Below are positions 1 to 12,000 of a stretch of DNA of 64,000 nt, in pieces. Position 1 is the first letter of the stretch. Each line of letters opens with the position of its first letter. The stretch is from contig OZ210885.1 of assembly GCA_964658305.1 (NCBI GenBank), forward strand, positions 2,976,001 through 3,040,000. The letters are read 5' to 3'. A program made the translations under genes and the position numbers. The notes under the pieces were generated by a model. The model was not told the DNA's origin, did not search any database, and saw only the letters and a program-made list of their open reading frames with translations. Source of the stretch: Leptogorgia sarmentosa. Lineage: Eukaryota.

Positions 1-464
1 CAGAAAAAGAAAGATAACCGATTCAGACGGTTTTTCTTTGTAAACCATAGCAGTATTTATTAGTATATAAATATTATAAGGTTGGCAAGTAAACAATAAT
101 GTGACTTACTACGGCTTACTAAAACAAGTCGAAAAAATCAACGTCTTGCCAACAAACGTCGCTAAAAAATAGCAGCCCCTACTTCTAGGATAGTGTTACT
201 AAATACATACAACGTTGAACGTTTTTTGGCAACAAAACGAGTGAAAAAGTCGAAAAAATACGAAAAATTTCTTTCAATTTGCCGTGTCTCGAAGCTGGAT
301 GCCTTCTGACATCGCTGACGCGATCTTTTGTCGGTTTATTTATAACGAAGACAATGACGAAGACAATGACGAAGACAATGACGAACACTTCTGTCGTGAT
401 ACTTTTGTTGGCTTCACTTTTCGCTCTATGTTATCGTTCCAGATATAATATATAGAGTTCACTG
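1..464. mobile_element. MITE A, right part (truncated by the window start)
   Basis: Ends ...gttccagatataatatatagagttcactg, followed by TSD ataatccc. Confidence 0.85.
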
Positions 465-807
465 ATAATCCCCTGCTTGATTTGGCCGCCATTTTGGGTC
501 AATGTGCATCGTAGGCACTGACCTATAAGAAGACTGGAGAGAGTGCACGCACTTTTTTTCAGATAAAAGAGTGAAGCCAAAATAATGGCGTGGATTCATG
601 TGATTCGTCATCATTCCATGACAGCACTTGCTCCGTCCTCATGGTATTTACCACTGACCAGGCTCAAATCTGAGCCCACTGCCGTTTTCACACCCCTGTC
701 TGCGAGACTGCGTGCGCAGATACAAAAATATGGTTTGATTCCTCCACCCTCAAAAAATTGTACTGTTCCCCAGAATTAAGACAATCGGAAGAAAGGACAG
801 ACACCAG

Positions 808-1050
808 GGGCCGGTTGTATCAAAGGCGTCAAGCTTAAGCGCTGGATAAGTCGAAAATATCCAACGAAATTATGAAGTATTGACTACAAGGAAACTAAAC
901 TTTTCTGTGTAAACATAACAACTATGCATAGAGATAGAACTACACATTTAGTTGATAAAATTTAAATTCAATTATTTACAAAATGAATAGAAGTGTTTTT
1001 AAAATTTTGCTTATCCACCGTTTAAGCTAAACGTCTTTGGTACAACCGGG
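808..1050. mobile_element. PIF/Harbinger-like MITE, fixed in every unit (also ~9420, 23964, 36766, 45045)
   Basis: Inverted ends gggccggttgta..aaa.gcgt...tggataag / cttatccaccgttt...tacaaccggg, flanked by cag. Same family as 48711 and 59452. Confidence 0.75.
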
Positions 1051-1369
1051 CAGAACGCGAGCACATGGATTATGGAAATCGATGAGCAAAAACATGCGCG
1101 CGCAGCACAAATTATTGTTCGACCGCACCCCTCATTTTCTAAAATGACCTGGAGGTTGCGAAATCCCCCCGGAATTATCATCCGGACAGAAACAAATCGA
1201 GATTTCGACTATACATAGTACCGCGCAAAAGACTGGGTCGAGTGAACTCTGGGAAATCCTTGTGACGTCAAGAATAGTGTGCTGACTCGCTGGCGCTCGG
1301 CAGCAATGAAACTGAAAACGTATTGTGACTTGTCAAGGACTACAGTTTACGGAGGCAAACATTCTCGAC

Positions 1370-2900
1370 AGTTCCACTGGTTGCCTCCGGATTCTTTCGT
1401 CTTCCGGTTTCTGTGAAAAGAGTTCATCAACATATTTACTTACTTAGCATTTTGATAAAGAAATGTATCTTCAAAAACGTGTTAATTTGATAATATAGTT
1501 CCAAGCAACACAACCTTCACAACCTAACCTATATCAACTGATTTCATTGTTATCTCATACCGGGTAACTATTGAAATCCGCTAGTTTGTCAGAGCCGCCG
1601 CGCTCTTTTCCTTTTAAACTGATGGAAAACTATCACATCACACTAGTTTGAACTTTGCCTGATTTACATGCATGTTTTAAAGACATGCATGAGTGTTGGT
1701 TAGACTATTCTGCCTTAACTTAAGTCATGACAAACGATCGATTTTTCTTCACGTTTAATCTCTCTTTTAAAAGCAAAACGAATCTATCTTTTAATACGAC
1801 GCCCGAAAAAATAGTCCCCGCCCCTTATACCAATGTCAAATATTCACTTCCGGTTATCCGTGATTGTAGTAAATGAATGACGTATCATTGACATTTGAGA
1901 ACACTACCATATTAGGATGCATGCAAGGATGATAGACACTAAGGCACTAGTTACAGTGATAGATGTATTCTGGAGTAAAGCTTTGTGGTTAAATAATAAA
2001 TATAAATAACGTAAAGGATATAATTATATTACAGTGATTTAAAATATTATATAAAAAATATCAATTTTTACATCCTTTACAACGAGTATTATTATAAGAA
2101 CCAGGCAATGGATGAGCTATTATAAAGCTATATATACATTTTACTTGTTTTTAAATCTACCACTCGCATATCACGGGCTGGAAACCGTGGTATTTGAAAT
2201 TCAAAGAAATTCAAAAATTCGGTGCATCTCAATTCACGAGACTCAGTACGAAGGTCAAGACATAATTGCTCGTTTTTTTTTACCCCATTCTTTTTTTTAA
2301 AGGTAGGCGTGCTCTACTCTTCTTAGTGTTTCCCGTAGAAATATATAATTTGTAACCCTTCTCGGACAAATATATTTTGCCAAGGCAAAAAAATTGTCCT
2401 GAGCACATGATGCGGGACATCGTATTGGCGCAGATGGTGTTGCTTGGTAGGGCTCCTGAGAAGTGGAGAAGAAAATGTTATTAAAATTACTTTTCAATCA
2501 ATCACATTACTCACCAAAATATCATATATTCACATTTTTGAATTGCTAAATTTGAACTCACCTTTTGTTCTTCTCCAGTTTGTCCTTTGGAATTTTCCAT
2601 GTTTTCCACTGGTCGCCTCCGGTTTTGTTCTTCATATCTGTAAAGAGAGTTCATCGAAATATTTATTACTTGGCATTTTGATAAACACATTTATCTTCAA
2701 AACACAACCCTCACAAATAAAGCAACCTTCCAAACTATCAACCGATTTATTGTACATATCGCATACCGGGTAATGATTGAAATCTATATTTAATGTACAG
2801 ACTGCGTGCACGATAGTTAATGATTTAAGAAAACAAACTGACTGCTCATTACAATTTAGTGATTTAAAAGCAATTAATGGGATCAAACGATCAAACGATC
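1370..2900. repeat. Old diverged duplication within the unit (~1370-1745 vs ~2600-2900)
   Basis: Shared ttccactggt.gcctccgg, gagttcatc, gcattttgataaa, cataccgggtaa and aaacgatc blocks. Confidence 0.7.
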
Positions 2901-5246
2901 TTCTCGCCCGTATTTACAGGTCCGTAACTCCATCATTCCTTAGAATGAGTGACAGATGAAAAAGAGGCCACTGAGTAAACAACTACCAAGGTGTAAACAT
3001 ATCACACTAGTCTATCCCATGCACTCATGATGACATCATAGCTTATAAAATACTTCGGAAGGTAATAATGACAAGTAAAACGAAAAGAGCATAAGTTTTC
3101 AAGCAGGTGTCTCTCCCTGCTTCTTCGTCGTTTTCTTCAAAGAAGAAAAATGCCTCAGCTCATGAAATTCAAATTCATTTGGAACATAATATTTGTGGAA
3201 AAATTGTCACCAATGCCGAGACAGTTTTAAAGTCTGTTACCCTGGACCCATTGACAGACAGATCTAAATGTCGGGAAAGGAAATTAAGCATAACATGCAC
3301 CCTGTAAGCCGGAAAGACCTACCCATCAGGGATATGAGGATATCATCAACTACGTGCATGCAGCAACGCTTCGCTAACATCAGTGAAAGAATGGGTCCAT
3401 TTAGGCATCTATTGCAATCTACATCACATAAACATGTCAATACTAGGTAAAGTGCTGTCAGTGCGTTCTATTTGTTCCTAACAACTTGCTATTTGGAATT
3501 ATTTTGTTTTTACACCTTTTATGGTCCTCTGCTCCATCCTTTACGTCAGTCCCTCTATCTAATGCAGTCGGTTGTGCACCAATGTCTGTCGTTTCAGACA
3601 ACCCTATAACACGTTCGGGAATCTAAAAACACAATTACTTTTGGTATAGTACTGATTCTATAAAAATTCCTAAAAAATGTTGGGGTGATAGCATAAAAAA
3701 GAACAATATAACAATAATGTGCGTTTTATGATGTTTGGTATATTCTAATTTTTTAAATTCCAATATTTTTTTGTATCCGCATAGATTTTGCGTTATGCTA
3801 ACGTTTGCTTGTTTTTGCGTTAATTACATTATGATTCGTTAATATTTAAAAATGATAAAAATACAGTCCTAAATTTACAAAAAAACATGAATTTACTGGT
3901 AAAAATATTGAATATTTATTTATTTATATGTACCTCCATATCTAAATCCACGTTGTCTTTGCGGTGCACTGGAGTTTTCTCACTCATAATTGCACCATTC
4001 TCAGAATCCCTCTCTTCGTTAGTATTTCTGTTTGTTGAATACTGAAGCTAAACGAAATGACATTTTCAGAACACAGAATTTCATTGACATCATTTCATCG
4101 GAACCATTCTGTCGTCCTATATTTGTAAATTTTAAGATAGTCTAGAAGTTGTTTTTGAAGAAGGTCAACGAACCGCACAATGTTCAAGACAAAATCCAGT
4201 GTTTTTTTATGATTGTCAATTACACCAAACAATTAAGAAATTATTTGATGAGGTTTTTGTGATATGCGGAATTATCAAGGTCGAGGTAAGCCTTATAATC
4301 AGCCGAGCCGAATGTTTTATCATACATTTGAAGAATAATAAACAAAGTATTAACACATGAAAAACTTTATTTATGATATAAGCATAATAAGCATTGCATT
4401 TGTCTGTGTTAATTAAATAGATACCGCTTGCTAATCATCGCAGGCTCATTTTGCAGACAACTCAATCATCTGCTGGCAGATAACTGGATTTTCTGTAGGT
4501 TGCGTGAAGCTCTTAGCCAATCAAATTGCTATTACCAATTACAATGTATAATAACTTAAGTTACATGCAAAATAATATACAGTTAGCATTGCATTTGTAA
4601 ATACATCGATACTGTACGTACCTGCTTTAATCGTTGGTGTTTTTCAACGAGTATTTTATTTTGCTTTCTTAGCGTTGTTACCTCCTTACAGAAGATACAG
4701 AAAGATTGTCAGTAACAAATCACAAAATTCCTGCCACCCAATCAGTTATCAATGAGTTCGATTAATTGGTGCCAGTACCTAGTACGTACATTGATAAACT
4801 TCGAATTGGCTATCACTAATACCTAATGAACTAGCTCTTCCTGTTGAATGTAGTAATTCATGCTACTGTAATTTGTTTAAGTGTGTGTCAGAAAGTCAAG
4901 GTTTATATATACTTCTTTCACCTTTTGCAAATATATAACCAAATCATGCTTTCCGACCATGCTCCTTAACCATGATCCTCAACCATGCCCTTGATCATGT
5001 TTCCTAACTAATGCTCTTTAACTGTGCTTTAACCAAAACTTACCGGGAATAATGTTCAAGACAAAATCCAGTATATGACTGTGCGCATGTTTTTTTATGA
5101 AAATAATTAAGAAATTATTTGATGAGGTTTTTGTGATATGCGGAATTATCAAGGTCGAGGTAAGCCTTATCATCAGCCGAGCCGAATGTTTTATCATACA
5201 TTTGAAGAATAATAAACAAAGTATTAACACATGGAAAACTTTATTT

Positions 5247-6065
5247 GACGTATAGGTAATAGTATGGTTTCGAGTGCAATTTGGAATTAACATGCACGAG
5301 TGAGTTTTCCAAAGTCCTCAAAATAGCACGAGTCCGAAGAACGAGTGCTATTTGAGAGTTTTGAGGTCTTTGGAAAACTCACGAGTGTATGTTATCCAAA
5401 TTGCACGAGAAACCATACTCTTACTTGTTAATAGTTTGCATAAAAGTATTTGAGACAATTGTAGTTTTAACTGTCTCAAAGCGAAATTTCACCGGCAGAG
5501 TTTTCTTGCTTAGTTTATTTCACATTTTACAGCGATAACGGTTTCAAAAATTCACCCAAACACGTAACTTTTGTTAGTCTTGTTGGAGATAAACTTTTTT
5601 CCGTCATAAGAAAAAGCTAAAAGCTATATTTTCGACTCTAATTTGATTGGTTGAAAGTGATAACAATTGCACCGTGATAACACAAAATTGCACTGTGATA
5701 ACATGTGCACGAAATTTTCACACTGTGATTACACAAAATTGCACTGTGATTACAGAAAATTGCACTGTGATTACACGAAATTGCACTGTGATTACAGAAA
5801 ATTGCACTGTGATTACAGAAAATTGCACTGTGATTACACGAAATTGCACTGTGATTACACAAAATTGTACTGTGATTACAGAAAATTGCACTGTGATAAC
5901 ACGAAATTGCACTGTGATTACAGAAAATTGCACTGTGATTACAGAAAATTGCACTGTGATTACAAAAAATTGCACTGTGATTACAGAAAATTGCACTGTG
6001 ATTTGGGATTAACTGCACTGAAATGAACCAATTGGAGTCGAGTAATACTTTTATGTATATTAATA
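5247..6065. mobile_element. Hairpin-headed element carrying a 21-bp VNTR (also ~13859, 28403, 41204)
   Basis: Interrupts the second copy of an internal duplication (empty site at ~4372). ~170-bp palindrome at ~5255-5426; ends atgtatattaataa. Same architecture as element B. Boundaries approximate. Confidence 0.75.
5666..6003. repeat. 21-bp minisatellite (aaattgcactgtgattacaga-type); 16 units here, 16/13/17 in copies 2/3/4
   Basis: Direct repeat visible in the sequence. Unit counts follow from the 121/121/100/128-aa read-through ORFs. Confidence 0.95.
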
Positions 6066-6734
6066 ATGATATAATAAGCATTTGTCTGTGTTAATTAAAT
6101 AGATACCGCTTGCTAATCATTGCAGGTTCATTTTGCAGACAACTCAGTCATCTGCTAGCAGATAACTGGATTTTCTGCATGTTGTGTGAAGCTCTTAGCC
6201 AATCAAATTGCTATTACCAATTACAATGTATAATAACTTAAGTTACATGCAAAATAATACAGTTAGCATTGCATAAATTGTAAATACATCAATACTGTAC
6301 GTACCTGCTTTAATCGTTGGTTTCCTTCAACGAGTATTTTATTTTGCTTTCTTAGCGTTGTTACCTCCTTACAGAAGATACAGAAAGATTGTCAGTAACA
6401 AATCACAAAATTCCTACCACCCAATCAGTTATCAATGAGTTCGATTAATTGGTGCCAGGCCTTGTTCGTAAACTTCCAATTGGCTGTGATCACTAATAGC
6501 TAATGACCAGTAATTCTTGCTACTATAATTTGCAGTAACATTGTAAAATATGTGCTGGCTAAATACACTGATGCATGTCTCCTTTAATTCTTGGTTTTCT
6601 ACTGTCAGTTGCCTTTGCAACTGTTCAACCTTCAGAAGAGACAGACAGTCAGATTGTTACAAATCACAAAACCCAATCACTCATCAATGAGTTCGATTAA
6701 TTGGTGTTCAATGTAGGTAATTCTTGCTACTGTG

Positions 6735-7160
6735 CCTTAACCAAACCTTAATCATGCTTTCATTGTGCCTTTACCATACCCTTATCCTGCCATTACCGTG
6801 CTCCTTAACTATGCTATTCAACCATGCTCATCAACCATTCTCCTTTAACCATTCTCCTTAACCATGCTTTAACTATGCCTTAATTGTACCTTAATCGTGC
6901 TGCTCAACTATGCTCCTCAACTGTGCTCTTTAACCATGCTTATGAGTTATGAAACAACTCTCTAACAATGTTCCTTAATTTACCATGCCTTAACTGTATC
7001 CTAACCATACCTTGACCATAATTTAACCGTCCCTTAATCATGCAAAAAACGGTGTCTCAACCATACCCATACTATGCCTTATAACCATCCCTTAACCGTA
7101 CCTTCTTCACCATACCTTAACCATGCCTTAACAGTACCTTAACCATACCTTAACTATGCA
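6735..7160. repeat. Degenerate 11-13-bp tandem repeat (cttaaccatgc-like); shorter tract at ~4940-5035
   Basis: Recurrent ttaaccat/ttaactat motifs. Confidence 0.8.
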
Positions 7161-7671
7161 TAAATGAATAGAATGGGAGTGTTTGTGTTCTAGTTGGTGC
7201 GTAATGATTCGATGATATTCAGCCCTATTAATATGCAATATAGCGATTAAATTGCCAAATATTCTGTACTGTAATGGATTACATATACTGAATCTATGTA
7301 TTGACTATTGACAGACTAAGATCGACGATCACAACATTCTTAGTACATAATTATATCATTACTTACATTAACCTTTTCCAAATCCATATGTCGCAAAAGA
7401 CCTCTGGCAAAAGACAATGATATCTAAATAAATACAGACATATTCAAACAATTATCTGACATTATACATCAAAACGGAAATATTAAATTCCAAAATAATA
7501 ATGAACCTCCTTAAACAGATAATGTTAATGTAATACTACTCCAATTACGCACTGTACTAACAATTCCAAAACTTCACACACAAAAATGTTTACAAATGAC
7601 ATTACATGGGTTTTTTTCGTTTTTTTCTTCAATACTATCTTCAATATTATTTCGATTACTCAGCATAAAAA

Positions 7672-7685
7672 TCAGTGACAGTGAT
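7672..7685. other. Excision footprint of MITE C
   Basis: tcagtga+cagtgat is both copies of the 8-bp TSD tcagtgat, each missing its element-proximal base. Confidence 0.85.
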
Positions 7686-7933
7686 AAAAATATATATTCA
7701 AGCAGCTGGGAAAATTGAGGAAAATTGAGGTGGAAAATTGCTGGAAAATTGAGGAAATTGCAACAGCTGGGAAATTTGTGGCGCATGCGCTAGATTTGGC
7801 TTGCGTGGAATCCCACGAATAATGAACTCGCGCGCGAATTTCGAATGTCGTGGAAGCATAACAATAAGAAATTCCTATTCAAACTAATTAAATATTCATG
7901 ATCCCGATGACGTCATTAGCAGTATATAATCCC

Positions 7934-9076
7934 CAGTGAACTCTTATCAGTTATCGACCTGGAACGAGGGGTATTCCACAAAAAAATACCCCGAGGAATG
8001 AAATATTCCGAGGGCGCAGCCCGAGGAATATTTCATTCCGAGGGGTATTTTTTTGTGGAATACCCCGAGTGAAAGGTCGATAACAGATATATTATACCGA
8101 AAATTTTTCATCTTCGACACATTCTGTGTTTTGTCGGCCATGTTGCCAAGGAAATTGCCCGCAAAACAGGCCAGGCAGGAGGTCAAAATCCAAGTAGAGG
8201 GGAATATAAAGTGGAATTACCCTCCCAAGGTCAAATCGAGGGAAATACCGTAAAAAATCACACTATCACGTGGTACAAATGCTGTTTTTTCATTGGACAA
8301 TTTGAATTTGAGGTATAATATTATATAATAATATATATATCTGGAACGATAACATTCAGTCATTCAATGCGAAAAACGTGAAGCCTCGGTACTAGTCTTT
8401 TACGCGGTTTGGACGTCAGCCTCAGTCCCTCAAACGTCAAGTTTACGCGGTTTGGACGTCAGTTTCATTCCCCCTCTGCAAACCGTTACGCGGCCAGTAT
8501 AAATGCGAACGCAATCAAGAAAAAAACATTTAAAAAATATCGCCAACGCAATGCAATACATTGTAGGAACAAACTGTTTTGCTCCTAAAATTTATCGCAT
8601 TGCGTTCGCTGTCAGAAAAAGAAAGATAACCGATTCAGACGGTTTTTCTTTGTAAACCATAGCAGTATTTATTAGTATATAAATATTATAAGGTTGGCAA
8701 GTAAACAATAATGTGACTTACTACGGCTTACTAAAACAAGTCGAAAAAATCAACGTCTTGCCAACAAACGTCGCTAAAAAATAGCAGCCCCTACTTCTAG
8801 GATAGTGTTACTAAATACATACAACGTTGAACGTTTTTTGGCAACAAAACGAGTGAAAAAGTCGAAAAAATACGAAAAATTTCTTTCAATTTGCCGTGTC
8901 TCGAAGCTGGATGCCTTCTGACATCGCTGACGCGATCTTTTGTCGGTTTATTTATAACGAAGACAATGACGAAGACAATGACGAAGACAATGACGAACAC
9001 TTCTGTCGTGATACTTTTGTTGGCTTCACTTTTCGCTCTATGTTATCGTTCCAGATATAATATATAGAGTTCACTG
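7934..9076. mobile_element. MITE A: non-autonomous hAT-like element, 765-bp core (here with element B in its left TIR)
   Basis: TIR cagtgaactc.../...gagttcactg (imperfect ~40 bp, intact at 31641). 8-bp TSD ataatccc on both sides. Clean empty site with a single ataatccc at ~44702-44709. Confidence 0.9.
7944..8321. mobile_element. Element B: 378-bp non-autonomous element with a ~145-bp terminal hairpin and no TSD (unclassified)
   Basis: Absent at the equivalent site (31650/31651). Long palindrome ~7945-8090 centred on ccgagggcgcagcccgagg. Short inverted repeat tattatacc...ggtataata. Confidence 0.85.
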
Positions 9077-12000
9077 ATAATCCCCTGCTTGATTTGGCCG
9101 CCATTTTGGGTCAATGTGCATCGTAGGCACTGAGCTATAAGAAGACTGGAGAGAGTGCACGCACTTTTTTTCAGATAAAAGAGTGAAGCCAAAATAATGG
9201 CGTGGATTCATGTGATTCGTCATCATTCCATGACAGCACTTGCTCCGTCCTCATGGTATTTACCACTGACCAGGCTCAAATCTGAGCCCACTGCCGTTTT
9301 CACACCCCTGTCTGCGAGACTGCGTGCGCAGATACAAAAATATGGTTTGATTCCTCCACCCTCAAAAAATTGTACTGTTCCCCAGAATTAAGACAATCGG
9401 AAGAAAGGACAGACACCAGGGGCCGGTTGTATCAAAGGCGTCAAGCTTAAGCGCTGGATAAGTCGAAAATATCCAACGAAATTATGAAGTATTGACTACA
9501 AGGAAACTAAACTTTTCTGTGTAAACATAACAACTATGCATAGAGATAGAACTACACATTTAGTTGATAAAATTTAAATTCAATTATTTACAAAATGAAT
9601 AGAAGTGTTTTTAAAATTTTGCTTATCCACCGTTTAAGCTAAACGTCTTTGGTACAACCGGGCAGAACGCGAGCACATGGATTATGGAAATCGATGAGCA
9701 AAAACATGCGCGCGCAGCACAAATTATTGTTCGACCGCACCCCTCATTTTCTAAAATGACCTGGAGGTTGCGAAATCCCCCCGGAATTATCATCCGGACA
9801 GAAACAAATCGAGATTTCGACTATACATAGTACCGCGCAAAAGACTGGGTCGAGTGAACTCTGGGAAATCCTTGTGACGTCAAGAATAGTGTGCTGACTC
9901 GCTGGCGCTCGGCAGCAATGAAACTGAAAACGTATTGTGACTTGTCAAGGACTACAGTTTACGGAGGCAAACATTCTCGACAGTTCCACTGGTTGCCTCC
10001 GGATTCTTTCGTCTTCCGGTTTCTGTGAAAAGAGTTCATCAACATATTTACTTACTTAGCATTTTGATAAAGAAATGTATCTTCAAAAACGTGTTAATTT
10101 GATAATATAGTTCCAAGCAACACAACCTTCACAACCTAACCTATATCAACTGATTTCATTGTTATCTCATACCGGGTAACTATTGAAATCCGCTAGTTTG
10201 TCAGAGCCGCCGCGCTCTTTTCCTTTTAAACTGATGGAAAACTATCACATCACACTAGTTTGAACTTTGCCTGATTTACATGCATGTTTTAAAGACATGC
10301 ATGAGTGTTGGTTAGACTATTCTGCCTTAACTTAAGTCATGACAAACGATCGATTTTTCTTCACGTTTAATCTCTCTTTTAAAAGCAAAACGAATCTATC
10401 TTTTAATACGACGCCCGAAAAAATAGTCCCCGCCCCTTATACCAATGTCAAATATTCACTTCCGGTTATCCGTGATTGTAGTAAATGAATGACGTATCAT
10501 TGACATTTGAGAACACTACCATATTAGGATGCATGCAAGGATGATAGACACTAAGGCACTAGTTACAGTGATAGATGTATTCTGGAGTAAAGCTTTGTGG
10601 TTAAATAATAAATATAAATAACGTAAAGGATATAATTATATTACAGTGATTTAAAATATTATATAAAAAATATCAATTTTTACATCCTTTACAACGAGTA
10701 TTATTATAAGAACCAGGCAATGGATGAGCTATTATAAAGCTATATATACATTTTACTTGTTTTTAAATCTACCACTCGCATATCACGGGCTGGAAACCGT
10801 GGTATTTGAAATTCAAAGAAATTCAAAAATTCGGTGCATCTCAATTCACGAGACTCAGTACGAAGGTCAAGACATAATTGCTCGTTTTTTTTTACCCCAT
10901 TCTTTTTTTTAAAGGTAGGCGTGCTCTACTCTTCTTAGTGTTTCCCGTAGAAATATATAATTTGTAACCCTTCTCGGACAAATATATTTTGCCAAGGCAA
11001 AAAAATTGTCCTGAGCACATGATGCGGGACATCGTATTGGCGCAGATGGTGTTGCTTGGTAGGGCTCCTGAGAAGTGGAGAAGAAAATGTTATTAAAATT
11101 ACTTTTCAATCAATCACATTACTCACCAAAATATCATATATTCACATTTTTGAATTGCTAAATTTGAACTCACCTTTTGTTCTTCTCCAGTTTGTCCTTT
11201 GGAATTTTCCATGTTTTCCACTGGTCGCCTCCGGTTTTGTTCTTCATATCTGTAAAGAGAGTTCATCGAAATATTTATTACTTGGCATTTTGATAAACAC
11301 ATTTATCTTCAAAACACAACCCTCACAAATAAAGCAACCTTCCAAACTATCAACCGATTTATTGTACATATCGCATACCGGGTAATGATTGAAATCTATA
11401 TTTAATGTACAGACTGCGTGCACGATAGTTAATGATTTAAGAAAACAAACTGACTGCTCATTACAATTTAGTGATTTAAAAGCAATTAATGGGATCAAAC
11501 GATCAAACGATCTTCTCGCCCGTATTTACAGGTCCGTAACTCCATCATTCCTTAGAATGAGTGACAGATGAAAAAGAGGCCACTGAGTAAACAACTACCA
11601 AGGTGTAAACATATCACACTAGTCTATCCCATGCACTCATGATGACATCATAGCTTATAAAATACTTCGGAAGGTAATAATGACAAGTAAAACGAAAAGA
11701 GCATAAGTTTTCAAGCAGGTGTCTCTCCCTGCTTCTTCGTCGTTTTCTTCAAAGAAGAAAAATGCCTCAGCTCATGAAATTCAAATTCATTTGGAACATA
11801 ATATTTGTGGAAAAATTGTCACCAATGCCGAGACAGTTTTAAAGTCTGTTACCCTGGACCCATTGACAGACAGATCTAAATGTCGGGAAAGGAAATTAAG
11901 CATAACATGCACCCTGTAAGCCGGAAAGACCTACCCATCAGGGATATGAGGATATCATCAACTACGTGCATGCAGCAACGCTTCGCTAACATCAGTGAAA

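Larger units (their letters stand above)
4180..6735. repeat. Old internal duplication within the unit (~4180-4870 vs ~5052-6530; partial third copy ~6630-6735)
   Basis: Shared aatgttcaagacaaaatccagt...aattatttgatgaggtttttgtgatatgcgg...gagttcgattaattggtg blocks. Confidence 0.85.
1..8612. repeat. Array copy 1 (8612 bp)
   Basis: Period of 8612 to copy 2. Carries an excision footprint instead of MITE C. Confidence 0.95.

Noticed and set aside
185..3450. Short ORFs repeated in each array unit
   Set aside because: They recur only because the DNA is duplicated; no recognisable domains, and many start at non-ATG codons.
3763..3781. Possible inverted partner (ttttttgtatccgca) of the HINE-like terminus at ~730, defining a ~5.5-kb element
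   Set aside because: Short, AT-rich, imperfect match with no TSD or empty site to support it.
5666..6003. Possible CRISPR array
   Set aside because: Repeats are contiguous with no unique spacers, there are no cas genes, and the context is eukaryotic.
5638..6081. Repetitive ORFs (NCTVITE / HSAIFCN / KLHCDY) in several frames, and their copies
   Set aside because: Read-through of a stop-free 21-bp minisatellite, open on both strands; no evidence of coding.
1..8612. rDNA, histone, snRNA or tRNA tandem gene unit
   Set aside because: No recognisable conserved sequence of these genes by eye; an Rfam search is still needed to exclude divergent ncRNAs.
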